This document shows, one piece after another, positions 33,611 to 48,848 of a DNA stretch of 64,000 bases. The first letter of the stretch is position 1; the number at the start of each line of letters is the position of its first letter. This DNA is from an uncultured delta proteobacterium. Lineage in GTDB: Bacteria; Myxococcota; Myxococcia; Myxococcales; Myxococcaceae. The position numbers were made by a program, and so were the translations under genes. Below the pieces are notes generated by a model. That model searched no databases and was not told the origin of the DNA. It saw only the letters and a list, made by a program, of their open reading frames with translations. The stretch is from assembly GCA_963796055.1 (NCBI GenBank), contig CAWCKH010000004.1, forward strand, positions 928,001-992,000. Reading direction: 5' to 3'.

Positions 33611-35794
33611 GCCCCCTCGCGCGACTCGTGGTACTCCGAGGCGTAGGCAGCATAGAGACTCGCGTACTTGGGGTCCCGGAGCTCGACGTCGTTCAGGACC
33701 GCTCCGAACACACGCGCCTTCACGTCGGAGAGGACCCGCAGCGCCCGCCTGACGAGCGCCTTGTGCGTCGCGGACGCCCTGATGACCACCACGGTTCCAT
33801 CGACCTGCGTCGCCAGCACCGCCGAATCGGCGACGGCGTTGACCGGCGGGCTGTCGAAGATGGTCAGGTCATAGCGACCGGACACCGTAGCGACGAAGTC
33901 GCGAAAGGCCTTGGTGTGGAACAACTCAGCTGGATTGGGCGGAATGGGGCCACTGGGAATGAGGAACATTCCGGGGACTTCGGTGCTGCGCACCACATCG
34001 CCGATCTCGGCGTCGCCGACCAGCACCGAGCTGACACCCTTCTCGTTGGCGATCCCCAACGCCCGGTGCAGCCGTGGACGCCGTAGGTCGGCGTCGACCA
34101 GAAGTACCCGGCTCCCGCTCTGAGCCATCGCGATTCCAGTGGCCATCACCGTCGCGCTCTTGCCCTCGCGGGGTCCACTGGAGGTCACAAGCATCGTCTT
34201 GAGCGGACGGTCAGGAGACATGAAGAGCAGGTTCGTCCGGAGCGCGCGGCAGGCTTCGGCAGCCGTGGACTTGGGATGTCGAAAGACGAAGAGATCCAGC
34301 TCGGCCGGAGGGGAATCGCGCTCCACCGTCACCCGTGGAAGGATGCCCAGGAATGGTAATCCAATCTTGTCCTCGACATCCGCGTGGGACTTGACCGTTG
34401 TATCCAGCTGCTCGAGCGCGAAGGCGAGCGCCACGCCTCCCAGCAGGCCGAGCATGAGCCCGAGGAGCAAGTTGTTCCTCACGTTCGGCCGGATCGGGCC
34501 GAAGCTTGGGCGGGCAGCGTCGAGCACGCGAGCATTGCTGGTCCTGAGCATCCCCGAAAGCTCGGTGTCCTTCAGTCGCTTCAGGACCATGTCGTACAGC
34601 CGCTGGTTGTTGTCGGACTCTCGCTTGATCCGGTCGAACTCGATCTGTCGCTTGTTGACCTCGAAAGCCTCTGCCTTGGCGTTGTCGAGCAGCGCCTGGA
34701 GGTTTCGCTCCTTGGCCAGTGCTTCAGTCAGGTCGAGCTGGGCGCCCTTCACCAGATTCCCGAGCTCGTTGTTCAGGTCGGCGCGCGCTTCCGAAACCCG
34801 CTGGAGGCAGGTCGCGAGCTTGGGGTGTCCCGGGAGATACCGCTCGGTTAGGGCGGCGCAGTCGGCCTTTTCCTGGAGATAGCGAGCCTTCAGAGACTGC
34901 AGGGGTCCCTGCCCCGTGGTCCCCGTCAGGACGTCGGCCCACATCAAGTCTCTCCGAGGCCGGCTCACCCCGTCGCAAGCTGTTGATCGCTTCGACGCGG
35001 GCCTTGAGCCCGGCGACGCGGGTCCGAACGTCGGTTAGCGCACCGTTGAAGGTGTTGAGCCGTTGCGAAACGATGCTCGCTCGATCCTCCAGCGAGGTCG
35101 TCAGCATGTCGGCGTCCTTCTTGAAGTCGTAGACCGCGATGTCGCTCTGCTTGGTGCTCTGCTCAAGCTCGGCCAGGCGATCTTCGAGCCAACGGTTTGC
35201 GCTCTCGGAGATTCGAAGACGCAGCGCGAGCGTTTCGGCGATGTAGGAGTCGGCGATCTCGTTGGAAAGCAGCGCCGCTCGCTTTGGATCGACGTCCTCA
35301 ACCTTGACGTTGACGATCCGGGTGTCCTTCAACGGTACTGCCGACACCTTCCCCTGGAGGATGGCGACGGCGTCCGCCCCCTTCATCGCCGCTTCCCGCG
35401 CTTTCGGATCGTGAATCTGCGCCACGCCCAGGAAGTCCGGGTCGTGCTGAAGTCCAAGCTTCTCAACTGCCCGCTGTGAAACAGCGCGACTCGTGATGAT
35501 CCGGGTCTGCGTCTCCGTGTACTCGCGGGTGAACCAGTAACCACCCGCTCCGGATTCGGCGACGTCCTGGACCTGGTTGTCGAGAACCCGCGGAGGAGTC
35601 GCGTCGATCACGATCGAGGTCGTGGCACCGTAGATCTTGGGCTGCCGGAGAGTCTGCAGCGCAGTCGCGGCGAAGATGAGAGCGGCCGCCACCAAGATGA
35701 CCCACAGACGTCTCCGAAAAAGGTGCAACAGCGCCCGGAGGTCGAATCCCGGACCGCCCGGAGAAGTGTTCACCGCGGAAGCTCCTTCCGACAC
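33607..35794 (-). CDS. wzc: Polysaccharide co-polymerase / tyrosine autokinase (frameshift near 34950)
   Basis: Wzz-like N-terminus, coiled coil, TM helix, Walker A SSGPREGKS, VDADLRRP, DSPP and a C-terminal Tyr cluster. Confidence 0.92.
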
Positions 35795-35896
35795 GCGGCT
35801 CCAGAGTGCCCGGCCCGCGCCAGAGGGTCAATTTCAGCCGAGCCGGCACCAACGCGCCAGCCGCGCAAGGCCAATCCTTATGCTACAGGGCGGTCG

Positions 35897-39140
<3,244 letters not shown>

Positions 39141-39165
39141 CCCGTCCTCTAGGGCGGCTGGCGCG

Positions 39166-40419
39166 CTAGGGGTCTGGCGCCGCGCCCCGAGCGCTCGTGC
39201 CCTCGATCACCCTGCGAATCACCCCCATGAATCGATCAAACACCATGAAGCGTTCGAATCTCTGACGAACGAGCTCTCGTCCGAGCTCCGTCCGTCTCCG
39301 CGCCTCGGCCGGGTTCGCCAGCGCCTCCCGGAGCACCTCGGCCAGGCACCGCGCGTCTCCGCGCGGATACGTCCAGCCGGTCTGCCCATCAATGATGGTC
39401 TCAAGCAGCCCACCCACCGCCGTTGCGACTACCGGGGTTCCGCAGGCAAGCGCCTCGAGCGGCGAGAAACCGAGCCCTTCCTCACGGCTGGCCTGAACGC
39501 AGAGGCTGGCCGCCTGGTACAGGGCGCTCAGCTCGGACTGTGGATCCACCGCGTCTCCCACCAGCACGTAGTCACCGACGCCGAGTTGCGCGGCTCGCTC
39601 CGCGAACTCGCGGTGGCCTCCGCTTCGGTTGACGATCCAGAGCTCCGTTCCGGACTCTCTGAGAGCCTTCAACGCGAGAAGCAGGGTGTTGGCGTCCTTC
39701 TCCGGAGCCACGCGGCTGCTGTAGAGCACGACCGCGCCAGTGCTCGGTAAACCGAGCGCCACCCTCAGCGAGGAGGGTGGGCGATCGCTCGGCGAGAAGA
39801 CCTCCAAGTCAACGCCGTAGACCGGCACCACATCGATTACGCCTCGGGCACCGTGCGCGCGCACGACGTCACCGAGATAGCGGCTCAGGACAACGTAGTG
39901 GCGTCCGACGCGGGCGTTGAGCCACGCCAGTAGCTGGAGGCCGCGATACTCCAGGTTCCTGAATGGCTTCTTGGGGTCCCTCGTCGCTTCCCTGCAGCGG
40001 TAGTAGACCTCAAGTGGGCTACAGACGAGCATCGTCACAGGTCGTCCCAGCAGCCTACCTATGAGGTTCGCCACGAGCGCCGCCAGCGCGTACCCCTGCA
40101 CGATGACGAACTGGTAGTTCCGCCTCAGGACAACGAGTCTGAGCGCCGCCCACGCCGCGAAAGCCAAGCGCGAGCTGGGTCCAATCTCAATCAGCGTTTC
40201 GCGTCGAGGCGGTCGGGTGACTTCAACGCCACCGCGAATCCGACGGCAGAGCAGGCGAAGCCTCAAGCCTTCGTTCAGGCCGTCAACCAGGCGAACGTCG
40301 GTTCCACTTTCGACAACAAAGACGCAGGTCGCGCGCTCAACGCCAACCCCTTCGCCCAACCCTTGCCAACCAAGGTCGAATAGGCTCATCTGCTTGTCAC
40401 TAGGGGCTGGAGCATTCAT
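39166..40419 (-). CDS. Glycosyltransferase family 4
   Basis: SRVAPEKD and SREEGLGFSPLEALACG. Confidence 0.88.
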   Translation of the reverse strand: MNAPAPSDKQMSLFDLGWQGLGEGVGVERATCVFVVESGTDVRLVDGLNEGLRLRLLCRRIRGGVEVTRPPRRETLIEIGPSSRLAFAAWAALRLVVLRRNYQFVIVQGYALAALVANLIGRLLGRPVTMLVCSPLEVYYRCREATRDPKKPFRNLEYRGLQLLAWLNARVGRHYVVLSRYLGDVVRAHGARGVIDVVPVYGVDLEVFSPSDRPPSSLRVALGLPSTGAVVLYSSRVAPEKDANTLLLALKALRESGTELWIVNRSGGHREFAERAAQLGVGDYVLVGDAVDPQSELSALYQAASLCVQASREEGLGFSPLEALACGTPVVATAVGGLLETIIDGQTGWTYPRGDARCLAEVLREALANPAEARRRTELGRELVRQRFERFMVFDRFMGVIRRVIEGTSARGAAPDP

Positions 40420-40762
40420 TTCGGGCTACCATCCTCCCTCCCGCGGCCCAGAGCTCCGCAACTGTTCTTCCTCGAACGGCGTATGGCAGGGAACGATGTT
40501 CCGAACACCTTCGAAGGCATCATCTCCTACCCCGATGGAATGTCTGTGGCTTCCAGCGGATGGCTTCTCCTCTTTGTGCACTGTCACGAGCGCCCGAGAC
40601 GAGTGGCCATAACTGGTGGCGCGGTTGGTGCAGGAATCCCAATCGGCTACGGAAGCAGGGTGACGCCGGAGGCTGCTCGCCCCCTGTCGTTACGTCTACC
40701 GACGCGAAGTCCAAGGGACGAATGTCGCTTCGGTCGCGAGCACTCGGCCCGTGCCACCCATA

Positions 40763-42299
40763 TCAGCCTGAGAATGCATCCGCTTCTCCCTGCCGACGGC
40801 CTTCGCGGTCTCCGCGTATCACCCCGAGCAGGACGACGGTCGCAACACCGAGGAGGAGAAGGGACGATAGAAGGCCGAATCGGGGAGACCACCGGTGGAG
40901 GCGATACGCGATCCGAACAGGCCACCACGACGGCGCCAGGTAGTCGGAACTGCTCAGCGCCACCGCCGAAGAAGCAGCGGCTCCTTCCTCGAGCGTTGGA
41001 AGCCCCCTATTGCTGAACGCGTTCTCCAGCGCGGTTGTGGCGACGGTGGGGCGAAGCCAAAGACCGCTGCAGCGCCAGGTCCAGACCGAGCAGACGTCCC
41101 CCCGTGCACGCATCATCGCGGCCACGTGGTCCTCGGTGCTCGTCGGGAGAATCACAGAGCCAATTTGGAACAGCAACGAGACGACCACCAGGCTTCTCAC
41201 CGTCCAGCTCTTCCATGGCAGGGCGAGGAAGAGCGGAGTCAGGAAGACGAGGGGCGCCACGAGATATCGTGGGCCCCATCCGAAACCCCCATCCCACGTC
41301 CCCGATAACGAAAAGAACAAGAGATTCAGGAGTGACAGAAGAGCTCCGAGGAGCGCCGCGCGCCGGAACCCAAGGGACCGCCGACGCAACTCACCAGTTG
41401 CAAGGGGGAGCGCTCCAAGAATCGGCGCGTAGAGAAGAATCCCCGGCATCGGACTGATAGTAAGCGCCAGCAGGTGTTCCGGCCAACGGACGAAGTCGAA
41501 CATCGGCACGCCCAAGCGAACGAAGCCCCAGCGATACCCGGTCTCAAGTACCGAACCAAAGCGGACCCAATTCCACGCTGCAGTGGCGATGAGAGCCAGC
41601 GCCACCGGGCACGTTCCGGCGATTGCGAGAGTGCAATCGGCAGGAGAGCGTATCGCCCTCAGCCACGAACTCAGCACGACGCACCAAACGAACCCGACCG
41701 TGATCAAGCTCGCGATCCGCGTTGCGATTGCGAGGCCCGAGGCGAAACCGAGGATGAGCCATCCATCTCCGGGCCTCCCCAAGACCCGAAGCATCCCGAG
41801 TAGGAGGCCGGCGTAGGCGAGGGCGAGGATGTTCTCCTCTTGCCCGAATCCGTGAGTAGTGAAATAGCGGAGTCGCGAGGACGAGCGCAGCGATTCCCGC
41901 CGACGAATCGTCGCGCAGCAGGCGCCCGACGAGCCGCAAGACGACTCCTAAGGCTGCAAAGACCAAACCCAGGAGCAAGACACTGTAGAGGAACTTGGTG
42001 ACCGTCTCCGCTCTCGGTACATGCACGAGCCGAAGGGCGAACAGCAGAGCTGCCAGAACTGTCGACTGCGTTAGGTTGTAGTAGGCGTAGAGACGTCCGT
42101 CTTTGCCTCGGACTCCTGCTGCTGAATCGGCGGGCAGCGCTCCCCCGTTTCCATCGAGCCAGGAGCGAGCGGTCTCGAATCGAACGCCTGCATCTCCGCT
42201 TTCGAGACCCCCTGGACTCGTCGCAACGACAATCAGAAACAGGGCCACGAAAAGTAGCGTTAGGGGGCGAGACTCCAAGGCGCGGAGCCTAAGATACAC
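40763..42299 (-). CDS. Multi-TM membrane protein, GT-C-like (frameshift near 41850)
   Basis: ESGDAGVR acidic first loop, GRLYAYY, NWVRFGSVLETGY and WDGGFGWGPRYL; same motif order as the 37535 protein. Confidence 0.6.
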
Positions 42300-42369
42300 G
42301 ACCCGCTCTTCCGGATCGCGTTCAAAATCCGGACGTGAGAAGGCTTAGCTTGCACTCGAAGAACAGAGG

Positions 42370-43020
42370 GCTGACGGGGCTCCTCTTGCAAGGATGCGCC
42401 GTGCGTGGCCTCGTCGACTGTGCCTCGACCGCCGTGCGTCCAACCCGAAAGGCAATTCTTCAATCGGGCTGGCCAGGAACGGAACCAATGTGGGTGGCCT
42501 CGAATCTCCACAGCGAGCAAGGAAGGCGCGGCCGTTCCAAGCGCCTTGGGTGGGCCAACCGGATACACGGTTCCTCCGCTCAGCGATGCGCACCGCCACT
42601 TGGTGGTCTGGGGCTCTCGCTGGTGGTCCGAGTCGACCTCCGCGCAGGTGAATCTCCGACCCGATGTGGCGTCGGCGTCGAACGCGCTGTGCGGCCCGCT
42701 ACGGCGCGAAGCTGGATCCGGGTGGGGACGGCGATCGAGTCGAAAGGCCGCTCTGGGTGGGAAACTGCTCCTTGGGGAAGGTTTCTGGTTCCACCCGCAA
42801 CCCACGTCAGCGCTGCCTTCCGGAGCAACGGAGCACGGCCGCAGAGACGCTCCGTGAGTTCACCACTCTCGGGTCGTACGCTGCGCTTGAAGAGAGTGAA
42901 CTCCGCCGCCGGCCTAGCTGGGCTCACCGTTTTCGACCGGGCTCTTGAGACCCCTGATCATATCCTTCGGCGAGAGGTGCTGACGACCGTTGTCAGCGGG
43001 CGCGTCGTGTACGAAAGCAA
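42370..43020 (+). pseudogene. Decayed, internally deleted paralog of the amidohydrolase at 50379-51996
   Basis: Fragments VPPLSDAHRH, GLGLSLVVRVDLR, LPEQRSTAAETLREFT..YAALEE and LTVFDRALETPDHILRREVLTTVVSGRVVY align by eye to the N- and C-termini of the intact gene. Confidence 0.75.
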
Positions 43021-43084
43021 CCATAGACTTCGGGATGACGCTCGGCTCCGAGCGCTTGCGATCTAGTTTCCGCTAGGAGGCCCC

Positions 43085-44133
43085 GTGAAATATTCAGCTG
43101 CACTCGACGGCCTTCGGGCGCTGAGCGCGCTCGCAGTCCTGACGCTCCATTCCTCGTACGGCCAGTTCCAAGGCGGTGTCTTTGGAGTGGATGTCTTCTT
43201 TGCCATATCAGGGTTCCTGATCACGACGAACCTCGTCGCGGATGTTGACAGGTACGATCGGATCAAGTTCCGGGAGTTCTACCTCCGGCGCGCGCGGCGA
43301 CTCCTTCCGCACTTGCGGCGACACTACTTCTCGCCTGGTGGCTATGGCCAAAGGCTGCGGTCCCGTACGCGCAGGCTGCGCTTCCCACGCTTCTCTACTT
43401 TGCGAACTGGAGATTCGTCTTCGATGGTTCGGCGTCCCTCGGTCCTTTGGCTCACGCCTGGTCCCTATCGATCGAGGAGCAGTTCTACGCGGTGTGGCCG
43501 ATCACCCTGATGGTCGTCGTGCTCATCGCTCGAAGACACAAGGGGCGCGCGGCGACACTGACGGCTCTAATGGTCGTCGCCCTTGCCTCCTTTCGTGCGT
43601 TCCTCTCTCTGAGTGGCTCACCCTTCGGAACCAAGCCGTCGACGTTCGCGAGACTCGATGAACTCCTCGTCGGAGGGGCCTTCGCGCTGGGAGCCGGAAC
43701 GCTCCGACCACCGAGGTGGCTTGCCTACGCGAGCGCCGCCGGTCTGTTGGGGGTGGTGTTCTCGTCGACAGACGACGCGCGGTGGCTCTATCTCGGTGGC
43801 TTCACTTTGGTTGCCGTCATGGCCGCGGCGGTCGTCACCTTCGTCATCAAGAATCCCGCCGATCCGATGTCCAGGGCCCTAAGTTGGAAACCGCTTCGAG
43901 AGGTGGGTAGGCGCTCCTATGGGATTTACCTCTTCCACCTGCCAATCGTCGTGGCCCTGGAATCCCTACGCACGCCGCACAGCATCGGGAACGCGGTTGT
44001 CGTTTCGACGCTCAGGGTCTTTCTGACGCTCGCCGCCGCCTGGCTCTCGTTTCGATTCATCGAGACCCCGTTCTTGAAGACGAGTCCAGCGGTGCATCGA
44101 CATCCCGAGGCGGGTTCTGAAATCCTGAGCTGA
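43085..44133 (+). CDS. Acyltransferase family 3 (OafA-like; frameshifts near 43310-43400)
   Basis: LDGLRAL, GVDVFFAISGFLIT, FYLRRARRL, HAWSLSIEEQFY, SYGIYLFH and SFRFIE. Confidence 0.9.
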
Positions 44134-44242
44134 GCAACGTCGCCCGACCGTTCGTTGCCGTCGTTCGACGGAGCGAACCGCCAGCTCGACCTCGCCCAGG
44201 TACTTGGGCGCAACGCCTGCCTCGTCCATCACGAGCAGATGC

Positions 44243-44947
44243 TCAGCGTATCAATCGGGGCCGCCCAACGAAGAGGAGTTTTCCCCAGCGCTCGCGGAAA
44301 AGCTCCGGGACGAATCTCTGCTCGAGAACACGGAGGATCGCGCGGGGTTGCGACAACCACTGCTGATAGGTGTCGCGCTCTAGCTCGTTCATTGTCGCCA
44401 GTGCATCGAGCCTCGGCCACGCGCGTCGGAGCGATCGGAGGCCGCAGGCCACGTGAACAAGCCTCAAGAAGACCGTCAGCCAGGGTTCAACGGCCACGAA
44501 ACGCCCGCCGGGCCGAAGGACGCGCTGCGCCTCGCTGAGCGTCGTTTCCAGGTCATCTACCATCACCGGCAAGTGGTGAAGCCCCCCCTGAACGATGACC
44601 ACGTCCCGCGACTGGTCCGGGAAGGGCAGCTGCGCGGCAGTCGGCCACGTAACACGTTGCCGAGCCGGAGTACTGGGCGAGCAGCGTCGCCGAGAAATCG
44701 ACTCCCTCGAGGTTCCGAAAGCCGAGGGCCTCTAGTGCCCGAAGCCCGTTCCCTCTGCCGCAGAAAAGCTCGACCACCGTGGAGCTGCGACTCCAGGAGG
44801 ACGCTCCGAGTACCCCAGGCGACGGAGAAACTTTTGGCGCTCCTCCTCTGGAGTCTCGAAGCGCCGATAGGCGTCCTCCCAGGTCTCGCTGCAGCAGACA
44901 TTCCCCTCGACGACACGCACCAGCGTCTGGGCTTTGACATCGCTCAC
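44243..44947 (-). CDS. Class I SAM-dependent methyltransferase (frameshifted)
   Basis: WEDAYRRFETPEEE, VELFCGRG, QGGLHHLP and RVLRPGG. Confidence 0.8.
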
Positions 44948-45010
44948 GGACAGGAGGAAGCCTAGCAGCAACACGAGCCCTTCGCAGCACTCTCCCCACG
45001 GCTCTCGACC

Positions 45011-46244
45011 TTGGAACGACTCAGGCTTCTCATCGCAATTCCCGCGTACAACGAGGAAGAGAGCATCGCCTCGATCGTCGAACGCACGCTGACTTCGCGA
45101 GCCCGAATCCTCGCCGAATCGCCGGTCACCGACGTCGAGATCACCGTTGTGAGTGACGGGTCGACCGACAAAACGGTCTCGATCGCCCAGCAGTACCGGC
45201 CGCAGATCAGGCTGATCGCGTTCGAAAAAAACCGAGGCTACGGCGCCGCGATCAAGGAAGCGTGGCGCCAATCGGATGCGGAGCTGCTGAGCTTTCTCGA
45301 CGCCGACGGCACCTGCGATCCGACTTTCTTTGTGAACCTATGCCGGCTCATCGAGCGCGAGCGAGCCGACGTCGTCCTCGGATGCCGCATCACAAAGACA
45401 AGCAAGATGCCGTTGCTCCGGCGGGTCGGAAACGTCGTCTTCGCTCTCCTCTTAAGCTTCTTCTCATCGAAGCGCGTCAGAGATACCGCGAGCGGGATGA
45501 GAGTGGTCCGCCGGGCGAGTCTCAACAAGCTGCTGCCGCTCCCGAACGGAATGCACTTCACCCCGGCGATGAGCGCCCGGGCAATCCTCTCACCTGACCT
45601 CCGCATCTTCGAGGAGGATATGCCGTACCACGAACGCGCTGGGGAATCGAAGCTGCATGTCCTCCGTGACGGGCTCCGGTTTCTTCGCGTGATCGTCGAA
45701 GCAGCCTTCCTCTACCGGCCCTCGCGTCCCCTCGGTTTCGTCGGCGCATTGTCATTGCTCACCGCGGGGTTCCTGATTCTCCCTCCGACGCGTCTACTAC
45801 CTTCGGAACCGACACATCCTCGAATGGATGATCTATCGCTTCGTGGTGGCAGACCTCGCCATCACGTCCGGGACGCTCCTGTTGTGCACAAGTTTTCTTG
45901 CGAGAAGAATTGTGCAGATCGTTCTCAACCTTCCGAAGCAGGACTTCGTCTTTCACCGGGTCCTCGGCGCACTCCTCCGAAACGGGTGGCTCTGGGTGCT
46001 CGTCGTCGCCTTTCTCGCGACGGCGGCAGCGCTGGTCGCTCCGAGCTTCGTCGAGCTCGTGCGAACCGGCGCGACCTACGAGCACTGGTCCCGCTTCATC
46101 GCCGCGTCGGTTCTGGTCTCGGTCTCCATCATCCTCATCGTTACGCGAGTCCTGGACTACACGATCGACCTCCTGGAAGCTCGAATGGCCTTCGTCCGCG
46201 AACACGAGGGCGACCTGTCGCTCCGAGCCGTGGACGTCGCCTAA
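45011..46244 (+). CDS. Glycosyltransferase family 2, polyprenol-phosphate sugar synthase-like, with C-terminal TM region (frameshift near 45790)
   Basis: IPAYNEEE, VSDGSTD, NRGYGAA, FLDADG, DTASGMR and YHERAGESK. Confidence 0.87.
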
Positions 46245-46549
46245 CAGGTTGAAGAGCTGGCCGGCTCGTACGGTATCGACATCTTGTCTTGGGTGGTTCA
46301 TCGCGGAGGGCAATCAGGGAATCCCGACGGTTCTTCATTGCACCCGTCGCGAGCGTCGGCATGATTCGCAGTGGTGACGGCCCCGCTCCTCGCGGTCCTA
46401 CTCGGATCTGCCTCGTTCGCCATGTCCCAGATTCCGGCTGACAATGTTCCACGCTCCGCGGTGGGGGGCGAGCGCGGGCGGATCGTTCGCGTTGGCGAGA
46501 CAGGCGGCGACAGAATTTCCGGCCGCGTCATCGACATCCGGGCGAGCGA

Positions 46550-47011
46550 CGAGACCGAAGGCGGCTATACCGTGCGCGACCTCGCGATTCTCGCGGGACT
46601 GCAGACGGCGTTGCTGCTGGGCCTGACAACCGCGATCGCCTGGTGGGCCTACCCTGTCCTCTGGCTGCTGCCCGTGTATCTGTTCATGTACCTGGGCGAC
46701 AACTTCCCTTCCTTCGCCGAGCACCCACATCCAAAGAACGACGCCGCGAGCGACGAGCACCGGCTCATCACCTACCTCAGCAATCCCCTGGAGCGATGGT
46801 TCCTGGCGCCGATGAACATGAACTACCACGCCGCGCATCACCTCTGGCCGTCGATCCCCTACTACAACCTCCCCATCGCCGATCGGGAGATCCGAGGGCT
46901 GCCCGACGCCGCGGGGCTCGAGTGCGCAGGTCGTACTTCGTGTACCTCGCTCGCTTCTGGCTGGCACTCCCGCTTGAGGAGTGTCGCTCCGGAAAGACGC
47001 CCGAGGGGTGA
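46550..47011 (+). pseudogene. Fatty-acid desaturase C-terminal fragment
   Basis: FAEH...NYHAAHHLWPSIPYYNLP (third His box). The first two His boxes are absent. Confidence 0.7.
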
Positions 47012-47403
47012 GCGCCGTCGGGCGAGCCGGAGCCTTGGCCGATGCCTAGCCAAGACCCAAGGGCTCATCCCCGGCGTCCTCCTCGGCCCGCGGCTCGCCC
47101 TCCCTCAACACGCCACGCTGACCCTCGGCGCCGAGCTGCCCTCGGATACCTCGGCAATCAACTTGCCGGTCTCGGCCTCGAACTCCGTGCCGAACTCCCG
47201 CCTGGTCGCCTCGCCATCGTGGATATACACGTGTCGTCACGTGTCAACGAAACGACGGGAGGCTCAGCCCTGCGTCCGCGCCGCCTGTGCTTGAACTTCG
47301 CTCGCTTCGTACCGATACCAGTCTGGCATGGCGGCGCCGTGATAGTCTCCGCGCTCCACGTCTCATTCTCAGGTCTCGAATCATGAGGCTGGTCTCAAAG
47401 CGG

Positions 47404-48386
47404 ATGGATGTACTTTTTCGTCGCACGCTCGACGGGCTCCACGCGGCTGGTCAGGCACGTGCTGCCCCGGGAGGGCTTGGCCTTCGGGCAAAGGTGAGCT
47501 TTGCGGCCTGGATGATCCTCGGACGGCAACGCACTCCCAGGCCGACGGGCATCGGCTATCGGCAGTCGCCCGTCTCTGCATGTGGCAGCTCTGGCGGAAG
47601 CTTCCGAAGGCCGGTGCGATCGCCCAGCTATCCGACGGAGTACGCCTCTGGTGTCCACCCTGGAGTCACCTCGCCGCCGCGTGGCTCTCCATCGGCGACC
47701 ACGAAGCAGAGCTTCCATTTGTCCGCGCTCTCCTGCGGTCTGAAGACACATTCGTCGACGTGGGAGCCAATATTGGAGTGTACAGCATCATCGCCGCCGT
47801 TCGGGGCGCTCGCGTACTGGCCTTCGAGCCCAATGGCAGCGCGCGCGCGACGCTCACCGCCAACCTGGCTCTGAATCACATCGAGGATCGTGTCCAAGTC
47901 CTGTCCTGCGCGCTCGCCGATTTCAGCGGTCGAGCTCGGTTCACCACGGATCTCGAGGCGGCCAACCACCTGGACATCGAGCCGGAAGCGAAAGGAGAGG
48001 TGGTCGATGTTTGTGAACTCGACACGTTGATCGAACCAGGGGCTCGAGTCACTCTGATAAAAATCGACGTTGAGGGCTTCGACGAAGCCGTTCTTCGCGG
48101 AGCGCGTGGAACGCTTGAGCGCGAACGGCCCGTCCTCATCGTCGAGACGTGGGCCGGCGCACAGTCCATCCGGCGCTTTCTGGGCATGCTTCAGTACGAA
48201 TTCTTCCTGTACGAGCACGGGTTGCGTGCCCTCCCGCCCGACTTTGGGCAAGACGCGAACCTCATTGCCATCCACAACAGCCGCGTAGACTGGGTTCGGG
48301 AGCGTCTCCGAACTGCCAGCTCGGAACAACGTCGCGGCCCCCGTGCACGCTGGGTCTTCCGCGAGGACTGGCCTGGGGCCGCCTGA
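47404..48386 (+). CDS. FkbM-family methyltransferase (5' frameshift; start approximate)
   Basis: FVDVGANIG, FEPN, IKIDVEG and PVLIVE. Confidence 0.87.
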
Positions 48387-48599
48387 CGACCCGGCAGACA
48401 CGTCGAGGATCCAGCGGTCCAAAGCTCGTGCGAGCAGTCGGAATGGTCTGCGCGAGGTGCTCATGAGTGACTACTCGTGGCGGATGCTCGCGCAATACAA
48501 ACCCAACCGAATCGATATGTGAACCGGAGCGATGCGGAGAATGCGCCGAAGTCCGGAGCGTCCGTCACTCCGAATTTGCCGCTTGCTTGGCGTGCCGCC

Positions 48600-48775
48600 T
48601 ACGAACGACGAGTAGACCGTCGCTGCTCCGGCGAACGCTTGCGTTCGATGTTGGTGTGATGGGCGAAGTCATCGAGCACATCCCAAACCACCCACTCGGT
48701 CTCATGAGGGAGGTCGCACACGTTCTCCGCCCTCACGGATTGCTCGCGCTCACGACGCCCAACCCGCTCGAGTAA
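48600..48775 (+). pseudogene. Methyltransferase remnant
   Basis: FDVGVMGEVIEHIP...VLRPHGLLALTTPN followed by a stop; no SAM-binding motif I upstream. Confidence 0.55.
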
Positions 48776-48848
48776 ATACTTGCTGGCGTGTCGTTGCGGC
48801 TAGGTAAACTCTTGGCTCCTGCACGTCCGCCCGCGAGGTCAAGCGCCA

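Noticed and set aside
40483..40760. Possible thiamine-pyrophosphate enzyme remnant (AITGGAVGAGIPIG)
   Set aside because: A single short motif with no supporting GDG motif; cannot be supported without a search.
47010..47400. Unassigned intergenic stretch as ncRNA or gene
   Set aside because: No recognisable motif, structure or convincing ORF.
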